The notes below the pieces were generated by a model. That model was not told where the DNA came from and made no database searches. It worked only from the letters and a program-made list of their open reading frames with translations. A DNA stretch of 64,000 nt from assembly GCF_032062105.1 (NCBI RefSeq), contig NW_026924209.1, forward strand, positions 1 through 64,000, given 5' to 3'. This document shows positions 13,881-27,659 of the stretch, in pieces. This DNA comes from Saccostrea cucullata (taxonomy: Eukaryota). Position 1 is the stretch's first letter. The number at the start of each line of letters is the position of its first letter. Made by a program: the position numbers and the translations under genes.

Positions 13881-15253
13881 TTTTTATGCCCTCGTAAACG
13901 AACTTTCTTGGGTATATAGTTTTTGTCGTGTCCGTCTGTCTGTCTAGCTGTCTCTCTGTCCGCAAAAACTTTAACCTAGCCCATAACTTTTGAATTAGTG
14001 GAGCTATGACTTTCATATTTCACGTGTGTATTTCTTGAGATATGACCTTTGTTTGGGTACCACCAAATTTGACATTTTGACCTTGGCCTTAGAGTTTGAC
14101 CCACTTTAACACAAAAATCCAAACTTTTACTTTGTTCATATCTTTTGAACAGTAGATTTCAGGACATCTATTCTTCACACATGTCTTATTTGTTGAAATA
14201 CATTTCATTGGATACCACGACCTTTTACATTTTGACCTTGGTGGTTTCCTTACTAATGAAAATACTAAACTTGGCCATTACTTTTCAAAGCAAAGGTGAT
14301 AGTGCTTTCATACTTCACGTATGTAATTCTTGTAAGAAGACCAAAAACCTTGATCTTTTAACTTTAGCCTTGGATAATTCCGTATTTATATATATATATA
14401 TATAAAATTAACCTTAGCAATAAGCTTTGAATTGTAAGGATTATTTAACTTTTGAACGCTAATTGATAGGGTTTTCTTTCTTCGAATATTTAATCCTTGT
14501 GAGAAGATATTTCATTGAATACCAATAACTTTGACCCTTTGACCTTGTTTGACCAACTTTAAAAAAAAAACCTTGACCATAAATTTTAAAGGGTTTGGGT
14601 TAGTGCTTTCATATTTTACATAATTAATTCTTGTATCAAGACCTTTTATTTAAAAGTAAGACTTTTACCCTTTGACTTTGACCTTAAAATTTGACTTACT
14701 TTTTAAAAGTTTAAACCTTAGCAATAATTTCTGAAAGGTTATTTAGGACTAGGGTTTTCATACTTTAAATATGTATTCTTCGTGGCAAGATCTTTCAATG
14801 GATACCAATTACTTTGATCTTCTGACCTTCTGACCTTGAAGAATTTATTACTTATGACAAAATTTTAACCTTCGCCAAAATATTTAAGGGCTGGTGCACT
14901 CATACTTTACATATGTAATCTTTGTGACAAGACCTTTCATTTTAAAGCAAGACCTTTGACCTGGAACTTAGAGTTTGACTTTCTTTTTAAAATTTTTAAC
15001 CTTGGCCATAACTTTTGAAAAGTTAGGGCTAGGGCTTCTATACTTCACATATGTAATTTTTGGCAAGACCTTTCATTGGATACCAATTACCTTTATCTTT
15101 TGACTTTGACTTTGGAGATTTCCATACTATGGAAAAACTTAAACCTACTTTTATATTTCAGAATTGTATTTTTAGAGAGTTTGCATTTCAGAAAAGTTTG
15201 ATCTTCGCTATGTTGCCATACGGGAGCATCAGTGTTTTACAAACACATCTTGT
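13881..15253 (+). mobile_element. HINE-type element with a CCTTGACC-rich tandem core
   Basis: TTTTTATGCCC start, (GTCT/GTCC)n microsatellite, repeated TTGACCTT units, 3' GTGTTTTACAAACAC hairpin plus TCTTGTTTT. Confidence 0.7.
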
Positions 15254-16009
15254 TTTTCATTTATTTTGATGAATGATGTGGCCATGGTAACTAAAATAAA
15301 AAATACTGTAAAATTTTACTAGAAACTACTCCTACAGATGTAGTCTCTTTGAATATATTACCAGAAAAAGAGACTTAATCTGGGATCATCATTCTATCTA
15401 TTGCTGTTGTAAACTTTTCAGTCCCAACTGCACATTTCTCTTCCTATGTACAAACGAGTAAAGCTTCAGTCCCGACGAGGAGTTCTGGTTTAACATATTA
15501 AGACAATAGTAAGTCGTACAAATGTATACTCGTAATAAGTTTTATTTCAGATACATTCAACTGTTTTTTTTATATATGCACACTGTGGCGTATATTCCTT
15601 TCTACTAATGTATAGACAAGCGTGAATTCACAGATTTAACCTTAGGTGTTAAGTGTGGGTAGACCAGAAGATTCCCCTCGATAGGTATGGGTATAAGTAG
15701 AAGCATTTTGCAAAATCAGACATCTAAAATTTTAATTTGACATGTGCAAATGATGTATTTACAATTTATATCGTTATGTAAAGAGCACTTAACAAAACGG
15801 TGAACTCGCAATTCATCCTTTTATTCAATTTCTGCTTAGAAAATATGTAAACTTCCTTTCTAAATAATCAAAATTCTATCAAAACGTTTAATTTCCAACT
15901 AACAAAATATAAATCAAGTTATTAATTTCGTATCCTGCACATATAATGGACTTCTGTTGCTTTTGATCAAATTTACTCAGACTTAATATTAATAACCTTA
16001 AACTTTAAC

Positions 16010-16623
16010 CGCCGTCTTGCGGTGTTCTTTGTGCGTTAACATTTGAGCATTTTCTTTGCAAACACTCAACTAAATTTCAACCAATTTTTTCATGAAGCAT
16101 ATATGGGTAAACAAGAGTTGCAAATTTCATGGTCACTGTCTTCCTGGGGCCTGACTGAGGGGTAGGGCAAAAACCACTAAAATGAAAATAATCTTTAAAA
16201 ATATTCTTTTTTTCTCCAGGACATCAAGCAGTACATGTAAAACTGTTAATATTGAATTTAATCAGTATAGAGTCTTCTACAAAAAAATAAATATCAAGGT
16301 CCCAGGGTTGGGGGTTCTAGTGCTAGGTCGGGGTTATAGGATTATACAGTGAAATGTGTAATTTCTTTGAAAATTCTGCTCTTGGGTATTAAACGAATTA
16401 ACCTTGTACATAGTTATGATGAGCAGTATATCTCTTTTAATATTGTTAACTTCATGGACCCTGGGTCGGGGGTTCTGGTGTTAGGGCGGAACTCTATTAG
16501 TTATGTGATGAAAATACCGGATACAATAAATCTTCGAAAATCGTTTCCTTTGCTCCTGGGTTAAATGCCAATGATCTCAGTGCACATACTCATGTGTCCT
16601 ATAAGACCCATGGGCCTTTTGTT
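16010..16623 (+). mobile_element. Truncated HINE of the 5515 family
   Basis: Same satellite unit and CCTATAAG.CCCATGGGCCT 3' end. Confidence 0.65.
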
Positions 16624-17479
16624 GGCATTTGCAACAAAAAAAATAATAGGTATGATTCATTATGAACTCTTTGACCCTTTATTCAAACAAATTTTTATTC
16701 TGGAGAAATGATGTGTAGGATACAACCTTTCTGTCTATATATGCTATATACGCCACTGGCGCCTTTTTCACATAAAGGTCTAGTCTTTGGAATAAACTTT
16801 TAATTCAGTTGACCAATTCAAGCAGACACCAATTATTCTTACCGAATGTGAGGAATGGGTAGAAATCATTTGGGTGAAGGGGTGGGTAGGGGGGTTAAGG
16901 ATGGGGCTCAAGGAAAGCTGAAGTGGCGGGCGGTCTTCTTATACCCCATTCGCCGGGTATTCTGCATGCTTATCAACTCCTCTGTTAAAATGCCCTTAAT
17001 TTTTGTAAAATTAAAACAACTTCTTGAAACTTTTATCATGGTCATTCCATGCAAGCATATAGACCTCAGTAACGTAGCAGAGCTTTCGTAACAGGGGGAG
17101 AGGCAACCTACCAAAAAATATCAACCAAAAAAAATCAAAAGAAAACAAAAGGAATTGAAATTGTACAAACTCTTATCTCCATTTTTGGGAGGGTGGGGGC
17201 TGCAACAAGAATTCGGGAGGGAGGCAACCGAACTTTTAATGCGCATTGTCTAAAATAATCCCTATTCCCTTCCACCTCTGAAGCTACATGTCTGGACCTA
17301 ATTTTTATAATCATCTGCTTCTATATAATACAAGACGTAGATTCATATACCGAAAAGCATATTCATCGATTTTGTATTAACTTTGATCACCAGAAATAGA
17401 CCTTTATTTATACACTGAACCAAACTTTTAATTGTTTGTTTTACTAACTGAAAGCTTAGTTTGAGGAACTCGCTGCAAG

Positions 17480-17900
17480 ATATGGATGGTTGGATTTTCC
17501 ATTATCAGACTAGCTGAAGATTACTGCACACGTTCAACAATTGGCCAAGACTTGTCTCTTGAGCACCTTAAGATACATGTAATCTGGTTAGGATCTGGGG
17601 GACTAAAATGGGAGCAACTTGATCAAAACATTGCTAGTTTGTTAAATCGCCAGAATGAAATCATGTCCCAAGTACTAATAGTTGACTGTGGTGGAAAAAG
17701 TATTGGCGTTCAGTCCCAATACAAAAAATACAAATATCCATGAAGCCTTATTAGTCTCCCTTCATAAAAATTACAAAACACTCTTCTTGTATGATCAAAT
17801 ATACTTCCTCACTAATACTGTCGTTACAGGATTTCAAGCGAAGCTGCAGAGAAATCTAGAAAAAGAATTAATTCTATTGGTTGCTTTGTCGTGCAAAAGT
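17480..17900 (+). mobile_element. Degraded SGNH-hydrolase-like ORF, probably from a DIRS-type retrotransposon
   Basis: WMVGFSII...IWLGSGGLKW.QL...VLIVDCGGKSIG resembles the W.VG.SI / W.G..G..W / IH.GGND blocks of retroelement SGNH domains; catalytic residues degraded. Confidence 0.45.
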
Positions 17901-19478
17901 TAAATGGGGCCCTCATACGTCACCCGGATATTAGAATTGATAAGCTCTTGGAAATTCTATTTTTACAACTACAATTCAAACGGCATTGTCCAAGTTTCTG
18001 AATTCCAGTCACAAAGTTTTCCCCATCTTCCCCTAAAACACAGTATCTGTGCATGGCTCGTTAAGGACCCCGCTCACCATCCCATCTTTTGATAGTTGTT
18101 ACAATTGCATTGAGTTGAACTGCATTACCCATTATCCTCTATAATAACCCTCCCTCAGTTCATGCTTGATGATTCATTGATATGTTGTATTGTATTGCTT
18201 TGCCAAATTAATCATTGTGGTTACCCTGCATATTGTTTTGAATTGCTTTGAGAATCACTGCGTTGCATAAGACACGATGTCTTGCTTGCAAAATTGTCCG
18301 GCACTTGTTGGCGGATGGATTGCTGTCTTGAAATTCACGTACAGCAATCCACTTGGCAGAATCTTCTGTTTTCCCTCCAGGGTTGTCAGCACCATATGGC
18401 TCTTCTTTTCTGCAAATGCCAGATTGAGAATCGGCGCTTATTCATTGACACTTGCAATTATACTTGATCATTGTCCATTATTTTAATACCATTATTTTAT
18501 TAGGTAATGACCCCATCTTTAACAAAATAAAGCCACGACAGATACTGCCATTCTGATTTCTTATTCTTTCCTTATTTGAAAATATCAAACAATTCCGTCG
18601 TGCAGTTTTTAAATAAATACATTCATTAGATGGAACACTGAGATGTTTTGTTAAGTGCATAATTATAGATTTTTAGATGGAGAGCACAGGAACTTGACGT
18701 TGTCTTAAATCGGTGCAATTTTACCAATGAACATAAGGTTAAGAGCCGAAGCTCCGACATTGTTGTACAATTACTGTTTACTTCCGTTTAAGTTAAGGAT
18801 TTGAATTAACATTTCTGATTTATATGTGAGCAAGAGAAGCAAACCTTATTGATATGTAGTATAAAAAATTTAATGTGTTGTTCATCATAAAATTCGGCAA
18901 TTACAGAGACCGATGTGAATATTTTTAATTGGAATTTCCCTTTGCAGGCCTCCTGGATTTCATAAGACAAGCTTCCTCCTGGGCGAAAAAAAATGTTTTG
19001 AGGTAATATGATTAAGATTCATTTCTCTTCAAATTAATATGTGTGGTTAGATAGGGATTTTAACAATTAGTTTTTTATTGTTCTTGCGTGAAATCATGTA
19101 GAGAGACATCGATTCTGTTATAGGCTGATTTCTGTATTGATGAAAATATATAGCTTAAATGTGCATAATTCTTTAAAATGAGAGTTTGGCTGTACAAATA
19201 TTATCTCAACATTTACAGTTTGTTGTTCCCCGCTTTAGTGAATTCGCTGTTTGTTTGTCTGTCTAGCTGTCCGTCTGTCCGCCCGTCACAGAAACTTAAA
19301 CATTTGTCCCATCACACCTTTTGAATAAAAAGAAATAGATATTTTATGCTATACCTGTATGTTACCTGTGACAAGTACGATATAACTTTTGATCCCGTGA
19401 CCTGGACCTTGAAGTTTGACCTACTTGAAAAAAAAACATTACATTGAAACATTTGCAATAACTTTTCAATGAGAAGAA

Positions 19479-19748
19479 CCCCGTGGGGATCCGGGTTAGA
19501 ATAGGTCCGCAGTACCTCCTTGCTTGTCGTAAAAGGCGACTAAATGGGGCGGTCCTTCGGATGAGACCGTATAAACCGAGGTTCCGTGTCACATCAGGTG
19601 TGGCACGATAAAGATCCCTCCCTGATCAAAGGCCCTAAGTGCCGAGCATAGGCCTAAATTTTCAGCCCTTCTCCGGCAATGGTGACGTCTCCATATCAGT
19701 GAAATATTCTGGAGAGGGACGTTAAACAGTATACAATCAATCAATCAA
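19479..19748 (+). mobile_element. SINE-like element with Meta-type body, (AATC)n tail and a non-tRNA structured head
   Basis: 13-bp TSD TCA(A/G)TGAGAAGAA at 19466-19478 and 19749-19761; body shared with 58137-58482 from GGTCCTTCGGATGAGACC onward. Confidence 0.8.
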
Positions 19749-20548
19749 TCAGTGAGAAGAAATATGCCTTTTCTTATTAAACATATGTATTACCTGTGAT
19801 ACGACCTTTCTGAATATATTATATGAATTTTGACCACGTGACGTTAATGTTCAAGTTTGACCTTTCTAAATACTTAATATTAATAATTTCGACATATTTT
19901 CTAACTGATATTAGCTTCGGTCTTTCAACATTAATATTTATTATAAAGCAGGAAAAAAATAGTTTGATTGTCCTCTTCCGAGCAACTGGCTCGAAATAGC
20001 CCGAGTCAAAAGTTTTCTTTTTCCTTGAGGAAACAAAAAAAATTTTTTTATGTGTTCTTGAGTAAATAGATTTTAAAAATTCAGCAGAGAAATTTATTTT
20101 GAAAAATAAAAAAAAAAGCCATTTAAAAATAAAGTTAATAACAAGTATGAGTAAATAACTTCAATATCGTGAGACAGCAAAGACATGTCAAGAGTAAGAT
20201 ATTGCTGCTACTTGCTAAAATGCTTTCTAAACATCAAATGAAATCAAAAAACCTTCAACTACAAATGTTAAAGAAGGCCGAAAAATAATAAAACACTTAT
20301 ATGGAAATAGATTGGTTATTAATAATTTGTCATTTATAAACCCTCATATACAGGTGACACATAATCCCTTTCAAATCCTAAAAATTAAAACAGTATCTTT
20401 TTCTGAAGTGCCTTGTTAACTATTCTCAAGTGTAGTTTTACATAATTCAAAAGTGTCATAATCACAAAGTCTCGTTTTAATTTGTGCTGGACCTGATCAC
20501 AAGGGCCTGCTCTCGGTGTGTTAAAATTACTATTTAAAAAATCATAAG

Positions 20549-20750
20549 CTGTAAACCGACTATTATATGTGTCATCTTTTATTCGCGATTCGTCAGTTTG
20601 GAATCAATTTGCGACCATTTATTTTCACGAATAAGGAAACATTTTCTACAAAACAAAGCAAAATAGATAATTCGTGGTGATTAATATTAGCGACTAAAAG
20701 AAGATCACAGAACTCGAGAATATTTCTCGCACGCGAGTATTCTGTTGGTT
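20549..20750. mobile_element. Degraded copy of the 8055-8262 MITE
   Basis: Colinear similarity (CTGTAAACC..., TTCGCGATTCGT, TATTTCTCGCACGCGA). Confidence 0.65.
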
Positions 20751-20935
20751 ATGTTAATAATATTAGTTTTTTAAATTATTTATTTAATAAAAAATGTTTT
20801 ATTACTATATATAGGCTAGAATTTCGTAATTTCCCTTTTGGTACCTCTCTTTTCATCTGTTATTTTAAGACAGCCTCGCTTTCAGTTCACTCTCAGCGTC
20901 ATTAGTCATTGCTTTGTGTTCTCAGATTACACTAT

Positions 20936-21858
20936 TGTGGCAACGCATTTTAAAAAATTACGCACTTTGAATTTTTTTAAAGTGCGTAAAAAATTGAGAC
21001 AAAATCAACGCACTTTGAAAAAACATTTAAAAGTGCATTAAATTTCGGACACACTCGGCGCACTTTGAATTTTTTTTTTTCAATGTGCGTTATGAATTTA
21101 CTTATTACTTATTTACTTATTATCCACTCTAAAAAAAGCGGTATCAAACAAAAATTCTAAACTTAGAATTTAGTAATTGAGAGAATCACTTTGTAATAAT
21201 TTTATCTTTCGAAAACATTTTTAATTTACATGTATTCATTTAACCTCATTGAAAACAAGGAGAAGAAGAGTAGAAGGTGTATTAGCCCAACTCTTTTTTC
21301 TTATAAATTGTACAAAGCCGTTGGTAGCAAATTGAAAGTGACCCCCCCCCCTTCACCCTCCCCAAGGTTAGCCCAATTTTCAATACGATAATATTTATAT
21401 CTTTGCAAAATATTTGTGTGTCTATCCCCCTCACCTTCCCGGTATCGATGCCTATGTTACACACATATATATGTATTAGCATAACTCATATGATGGAAAA
21501 AACTTTCAATAAATTTAGTTTATATAAAATGGATGCAAACAGGAAAAAAAAATTACAGTAAATCATTTAAGAGAAAAAGAATTTTCAGAGCATAGAAAAA
21601 TCAAAATCACTCACTTTCACATCTTGAAGTAGCCTCGTCACCGAAGAGTTATAAAAAAGATTCATTATTTATCATACCTACGATTTGAAAGAATATTGAC
21701 CAAGCCATACACATTTTTTAAAAGTGCGTTATTATGGTCGATATTAACGCACTTTGAAAAGAAATTTTGTTTTTTTCAAAGTGCGTTAAGTTGGTCCCAA
21801 ATTTAACGCTGTTTGAATTTTTTTCAAAGTGCGTAATTTTTCAAAGTGCGTTGTAACA
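20936..21858. mobile_element. TG..CA-ended TIR element with reiterated ACGCACTTTGAA motifs (Ginger-like, inferred)
   Basis: TGTGGCAACGCATTTTAAAAAATTACGCACTTTGAA versus the reverse complement of 21823-21858; motif repeated ~4-5 times at each end. Confidence 0.65.
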
Positions 21859-22809
21859 AACCATCCACCCCGCCACTCACCTGAAAAAATGCCTTGAATG
21901 GGGATTGTGATACTTTTTTTGTTCTACAATTCTTTACAAATAGTTGTATTAACTCACACATTTTGTCATTCTTTGTATTTATTTAAGTCATATCATCATT
22001 AAGAATTTATATCATGCAGATTTAAACAAGACTTCTTATTGACATGCCTGGACTAGTAATCCTGACGAATGACACTTCATCATGTTTTATGCATGATATC
22101 CTAGCAGTATCTCAAAGATTACGCTTTTTAGGTTCATTTCAAAATTTATTTGTTATATATTTTATCATTTTAACAATCTACCCCCCCCCCGCCATGTTTT
22201 CTTGAGGGGAATAGTAACCTGTGTTAATACTGATGACAATAAGAGTGTTTTTTTATGTTTTACAGTATGGAATTAAACTGAAAGTTTATTTCACTCTAGA
22301 TTGTGGTCTGTTACTCGTTCAGAATGTTTCAATTTTTCGAATTTGTTCATTAGCTGTTAACTTTTTCAGTCCGGTATAACAATAAAACAACAAGTGTTGT
22401 TTGATTATTGTCGTATTTGATTTTTTAAAAATAAATATTTATTACAGGCCTGGAGCAAGCGCCTGTACCTGAACATACACGGATAGAGACAAGTTTTAAT
22501 AAACATACATTTCCATATTAGATATGAATGGTTCATGTATCAGCATAATCCTGTTACACGTATTAGCATCGTGATGCTTCTATATTTTGTTGTTGATTTT
22601 TTACCTTTTAAAAACATCAAATTAAGCTCATTCGATGAATGCATTTTAACGACAAACAATAACGTTAAAAAATCCCTAGCCTTGCGACGCTAACAACAGA
22701 ATAATGCCATACTATCACGATAATAAAGACGCCCAAATAATCTAAAATGTGGATAGACAAGGGGCTCTTCCTTTTGTCGACGTATTTACAGTTTATACCG
22801 TGAGGTTTA

Positions 22810-24720
22810 GACCACTTAACAAAACTGGGAACTCTTAATGTATCCTTTTACTAGATATCTGCTTAAAAATATGGAAACAAATAAAATTCTAGTTATCAAT
22901 TTCGTTTTCTGCTTTGATGAATATTTCTTATACAGAGTTAATATAAATAACACTTGAACTTTAGCCTAAAAAATCAAGTTAAGAGCAAGAGTTTTGTTCT
23001 TGAATATAAAGAAAAACTGTAAACTACACGTAAATCAGAAAGGTATAAAATTGCGGATTGCTTAGAATGCTTTTTAGCTCACCTGAGTAAACTAAGGCAG
23101 AGTGTGTCGTGTGATGACATTTGAATATTTTCAGCTTCTTTTCCACAACCACTCAACCAATTTCAACCAATTTTGTCATAAAGCATCTATGGGTGAATGG
23201 AAACAAAAAATTGAATTTCACGATCCCTGTCCCCTGAGGCTTGGTACTGTTTTCAAAATTGTGAATTTCATGGACTCCTGGGTTGACTGCCAATGATCTA
23301 AGTGCATCTCATAATGAAGAAAAGAAATAAATGCTTTGAAATCTGCTCTTCGTTATTAATCAAATAAAGATAAAATAAAATATATGATGAAATTTTCAAA
23401 ATTTTGAAATACATGTTTATGGCCCCAGGATCAGCAATGGTACTACTTTCAAAATTTTAAAAACACGAACCAATTTCAATTGATGGAAAGTTGTTAAATT
23501 ATACCCAGCTGACCTATAAGGCCCATGGGCCTTTTGCTGGCAATTGCAACCAAAAAAGATTTATAAGTACGATTTATATTCAGCTCTTCGCCCCTTTTGT
23601 CAGCCAAATTTTTATACCTGAGAAAATGATTGTAGGCTTCAAACTTTATGTCTATATATGGAAATACGCCACTGGCGCATATTACACATAAAGCTCTAGA
23701 CTAAGTCTAAAAATAAACTTGTAATTCACATGATCAACTAAACCAGACAACAATTGTTCTTACCGACTGTAGTTACTTCTCTGAACTACCTAGATATGAC
23801 GTCATAATAGAATTTGACGTCAAGTCACTGCATACGTGAGCTGACATGACGGGGAAAGTGACATAATTATTAAACGGCCTGTAGATTTATTATGGGGATT
23901 TGTGTTTAATTCAAGAGTAAGGCTTGTGTTTTTAAGCTTGTGTGTGCTGTAATAATGTTTAACATTTGATATTTAAACATCTCTATGTCTTTTGCATGTC
24001 CGATATGCATATATTCAACCAATAGCAAAAAATATGTTTGAAACGCTCCCCTTACACTTCCGTAGACGGAGTTAGAATTTATAATTCGTGTTTATATTGG
24101 ATTTGCACAAGTGAAAGACAAGGATAGATTAAAGATATTCTGCGTGAATCTAAAAGGTAAGTATGTCTTCTAACCAACGTAAGAAGGTGTATTTTCCACT
24201 CTTTTTCGCGATCTATACAAAAACGGATAAATTACATACGATCCCCAAGCAATATTGAGTTAGAAGACCGATGTAGAGATTATTTTTTTTTCTATAAGTG
24301 CCTATCAGAGGCCTCGATATCGTAGTAAAATAATTGTCTTTTTTCGTTTAAGTTAAGGATCTAAATGTATATTTATGTTACCCTACATGTGAGCAAGAGA
24401 ATCGGACAATGTTCATTTGAAGAATAAAAAATAGAATTGGTTGTTCATCATTAAAATCGACAATTACAACCGGTGTGAACATTTTTAAATTAGAATTTCC
24501 CTTTGCAGGCCTTCTGGATTGCAATGAAAAAAAAAAAACTTCCTTCTATGCGAAAATAATATCTCGGGGTGATATGATTCAGATGCACTTCTACATATAG
24601 AAAGATTGGGATTTTAACATTTACTTTCATACTGATTTTGTGATATATAATGTAGAGAGATATACCATGATTCATTGAGGAAAGAAAATAGGATTATGGG
24701 TCTATTATAATTGTTTAAAA
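22810..24720 (+). repeat. Old direct segmental duplication of ~15790-19190
   Basis: Shared blocks 15790/22813, 16626-16845/23538-23766 (ATACGCCACTGGCGC) and 18780-19180/24343-24720 (GAATTTCCCTTTGCAGGCCT); both copies carry the same HINE. Confidence 0.7.
23071..23537 (+). mobile_element. Short HINE of the 5515 family
   Basis: TTTTTAGCTCACCTGAG start; GACCTATAAGGCCCATGGGCCT end. Confidence 0.7.
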
Positions 24721-24734
24721 TCTGCCTTATTAGG

Positions 24735-25050
24735 ATATATACCCTAGCTCTTGGATCAATGCATATATAGTACCCCTTCACAAAGGAGGTGATCCAAGTA
24801 ATCCTACAAACTATAGAGGAATCACAATAACAAGTAACATAGGTAAATTATTCAATTCTATCTTAAACTCCAGATTGGTAATTTTTTTAAAAAGAAAACA
24901 ATATCATCAGCAAATACAAAATTGGTTTTTCTAAAGCATGTAGAATAGTTGATCAGATTTTCATTCTAAAAGCTCTTGCTGAGAAATATTGGCATCAAAG
25001 AGAAAAACTATATGCATATTTTGTCGATTTGCTTAGAGCTTTTGACACTG
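24735..25050 (+). mobile_element. Non-LTR retrotransposon RT fragment
   Basis: IVPLHKGGDPSNPTNYRGITITSNIGKLFNSILNSRL...GF...DQIFIL...AYFVDL.RAFDT (RT subdomains 1-3, with frameshift). Confidence 0.8.
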
Positions 25051-27659
25051 ACTTTTTACTACTGAATTAAATATCCCCTTAGATTCCAATAAATCCCCTG
25101 TCGTCCCGCTGTAAGTCCCTGACATTTTTCTGTATCTCCCTGACTTTCTCCTATGACCCCCTGGTGTTGTCTCTGCTCTTCCTGTCCAGTCCCTGTCGTC
25201 CCCTGTCCTTGTCCCTGTCTAGACTGTCTTCCTCCTGTTGTCCCCAGACATTTATTTTGGCCAAGAAAATGAGTTAAAATAGTTTTCTGTTGCAAATTAG
25301 GTGTGGAAATGCTATAGTTTTGAAAAATCTTAATATTTTGGTTTTTATATAAATTTAGGAATAAGTCAGTATATTTCTAAATGCCTTAACAAACTCCTCT
25401 GTATATTTGGATTGATTTTTAAATCTTCATGATATAGGCTAAAACTATATTTTTTATTAAATCTGCTTACGATAAATGTGTTAATCTATTGGAAAATATC
25501 AAAGCATTGCAATCACGCCACGAACGGCTGAGAAACACCTCGATCGGCGCTGTCGTACTTCAATAATGTAAACTGTCGCCAGTGTCTCCGTGTTAACATC
25601 ATAAATATACCTTTAGTTACTGAAAATGTAGATTAAATGTTTTTGAACAATATTAATACTTGATTGCAAATTAAATGCCTCGGACAAGTGTCTCAATCCA
25701 TCGGATCCCTCCATCCCTTTCAGGCGGCCGAATCCATGCATTTCTTCGCCGTTTTTTTTTTTCTGAAATGCTACCAAACTTAAAAATCAATACTAATCAT
25801 TAAAATTATAGACATAGAAGTTGGTTTTTGTTTTTGATATAAACGTAGTAAGAAGTTAACACATTTTTAAATACCTCATCCAACTTCTTTGTATATAATT
25901 TTTATGATTAGTATTGATTTTTAAGTTATCTGTGTTGCCTCATTAACTCTACCTGGTTGAAAAAAGATAATAAAATGATCTGATTAAATCAATTATTTTT
26001 TTTAATAAAACTTTTTAAAGCTTACTAGTATAAAAAGTTGAATATATCACAAATAAAGCGGGTTTCGCCATTTTCTGAGAGATTAGTATTGTTGCTTACT
26101 AAATTTACCATGAAATATTACTCGAAAACTGCAGGAAGTGGGTTTCAAAAATTAACAAAAAAGCGACGTCAAGCATCCGAACGGGACAGCGTACAATCAA
26201 ACAATTATGGTTTAATATGATTTAAACGTCATCAAACACCAAATATTTTTGAAACATATTTAGCCTAGTGATTTGTAAGAGGTTTATATGATTTTTACAA
26301 CGGTGTATAAAATTTCGGATACACTACAAGACGTGAAAAACCACTTTTGTTTGATGAAAATAGGAAATTCTCTTCATGACGTTTTTATAAGTCTAGCGCC
26401 GCCGGCTGTGCAGCCTATATATTTAAGGACATACGCAAGGTACCTTACCTACTGATAATTTATCAAGATATTCTAAATATAAACTTATAATACCATTACA
26501 TGTTTCTAGACGAAAAATCAGCATGCATTACCAGGGGTTTTGAAAAGATATCAAATAGTGAAAACTTTTGCATTATTCAAAGAAAAATGTAAAAAAATTA
26601 CAAAACATAAATTACAGATTTTTTTTTTCATCAAAAATTGTTTTAGAAGAGTTGTAAAAATCCATATATCGACATTAAAAGTATTACACACTGATCCTTC
26701 ATTAAGTGGAAGTCTTCAACTCCAGGAAAGAATCCAATAAAGTTCAAACTACATTGCGTATGACCTTAAAGTGTTTATATTGCTTGTAAATAATTTTGTT
26801 TTGTTTTTAATTTCAAAATATAAAATCCATAATTTTGACGTCACTCTGAAATTTGCATTCCACCAGATTGGCTATGCGCTTTGCATATACAAAGTAATGG
26901 CACCTATAATGTTCATTATATAGTGGCTTTTTTGTATATTTACTCAATCATGGTTTATATTAAGATTTTATGGTACACGTTTACCATTGTTGACTTTATA
27001 AAAAAAAAAGCACTTATGGACAAACGTTTTCGACAACCCTCATACAATAACCCATTTACGAAAGAACAAGATTCACTTTTGCCTTATTTGGCCTTGTGGG
27101 TTTCGGAAAAACTGAAACTGCATAGTTTTAGTCAACAATGCATTGAATATCACTTAGGTCCATGGTGACTGCGTATCTGTCAATAACGACGTAATATTCT
27201 GGAAAGTCAATGCATTATGACGTCATGAAATGCTTCAGTTTCCTCACATTCTGAAAAAAGTTGACAAAACGACCCATTTTTTAAAGATTGTTTTAAATAT
27301 ATAATATAGAGCGTAACTTCTGATCTTAAATATGCATCTAGTAAATGATAGAAATGTTTCTGAAGAGTAGCCCCTGGGGGTCAAATGGGGGTCGAAAAAT
27401 TACGTTTTTTTATGCAAAAAGCCTCGTCTTCCCCGAACTCCTCCTACATTTTACTCAGTAGCCTAATCATCTTTTTCGAAATGGTTAGTGGTGTCATGTA
27501 GATGTGCAGTAAGGTTTTGATATGTTGAGTTTGCCCCGGGGTGGAGGGGGGGGGGCAAATGGAGGTCGTAAAATGACGGTTTTTAATGCAAAAAGCCCCG
27601 TCTTCCCCGAATTACCTTACAATTATCTCAGTAGCCTAATCTTCTGTTCGGAAAATTCA

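Noticed and set aside
25059-25295. Gly/Gln-rich ORF
   Set aside because: Translation of a low-complexity CCCTGTC repeat; no splice or homology support
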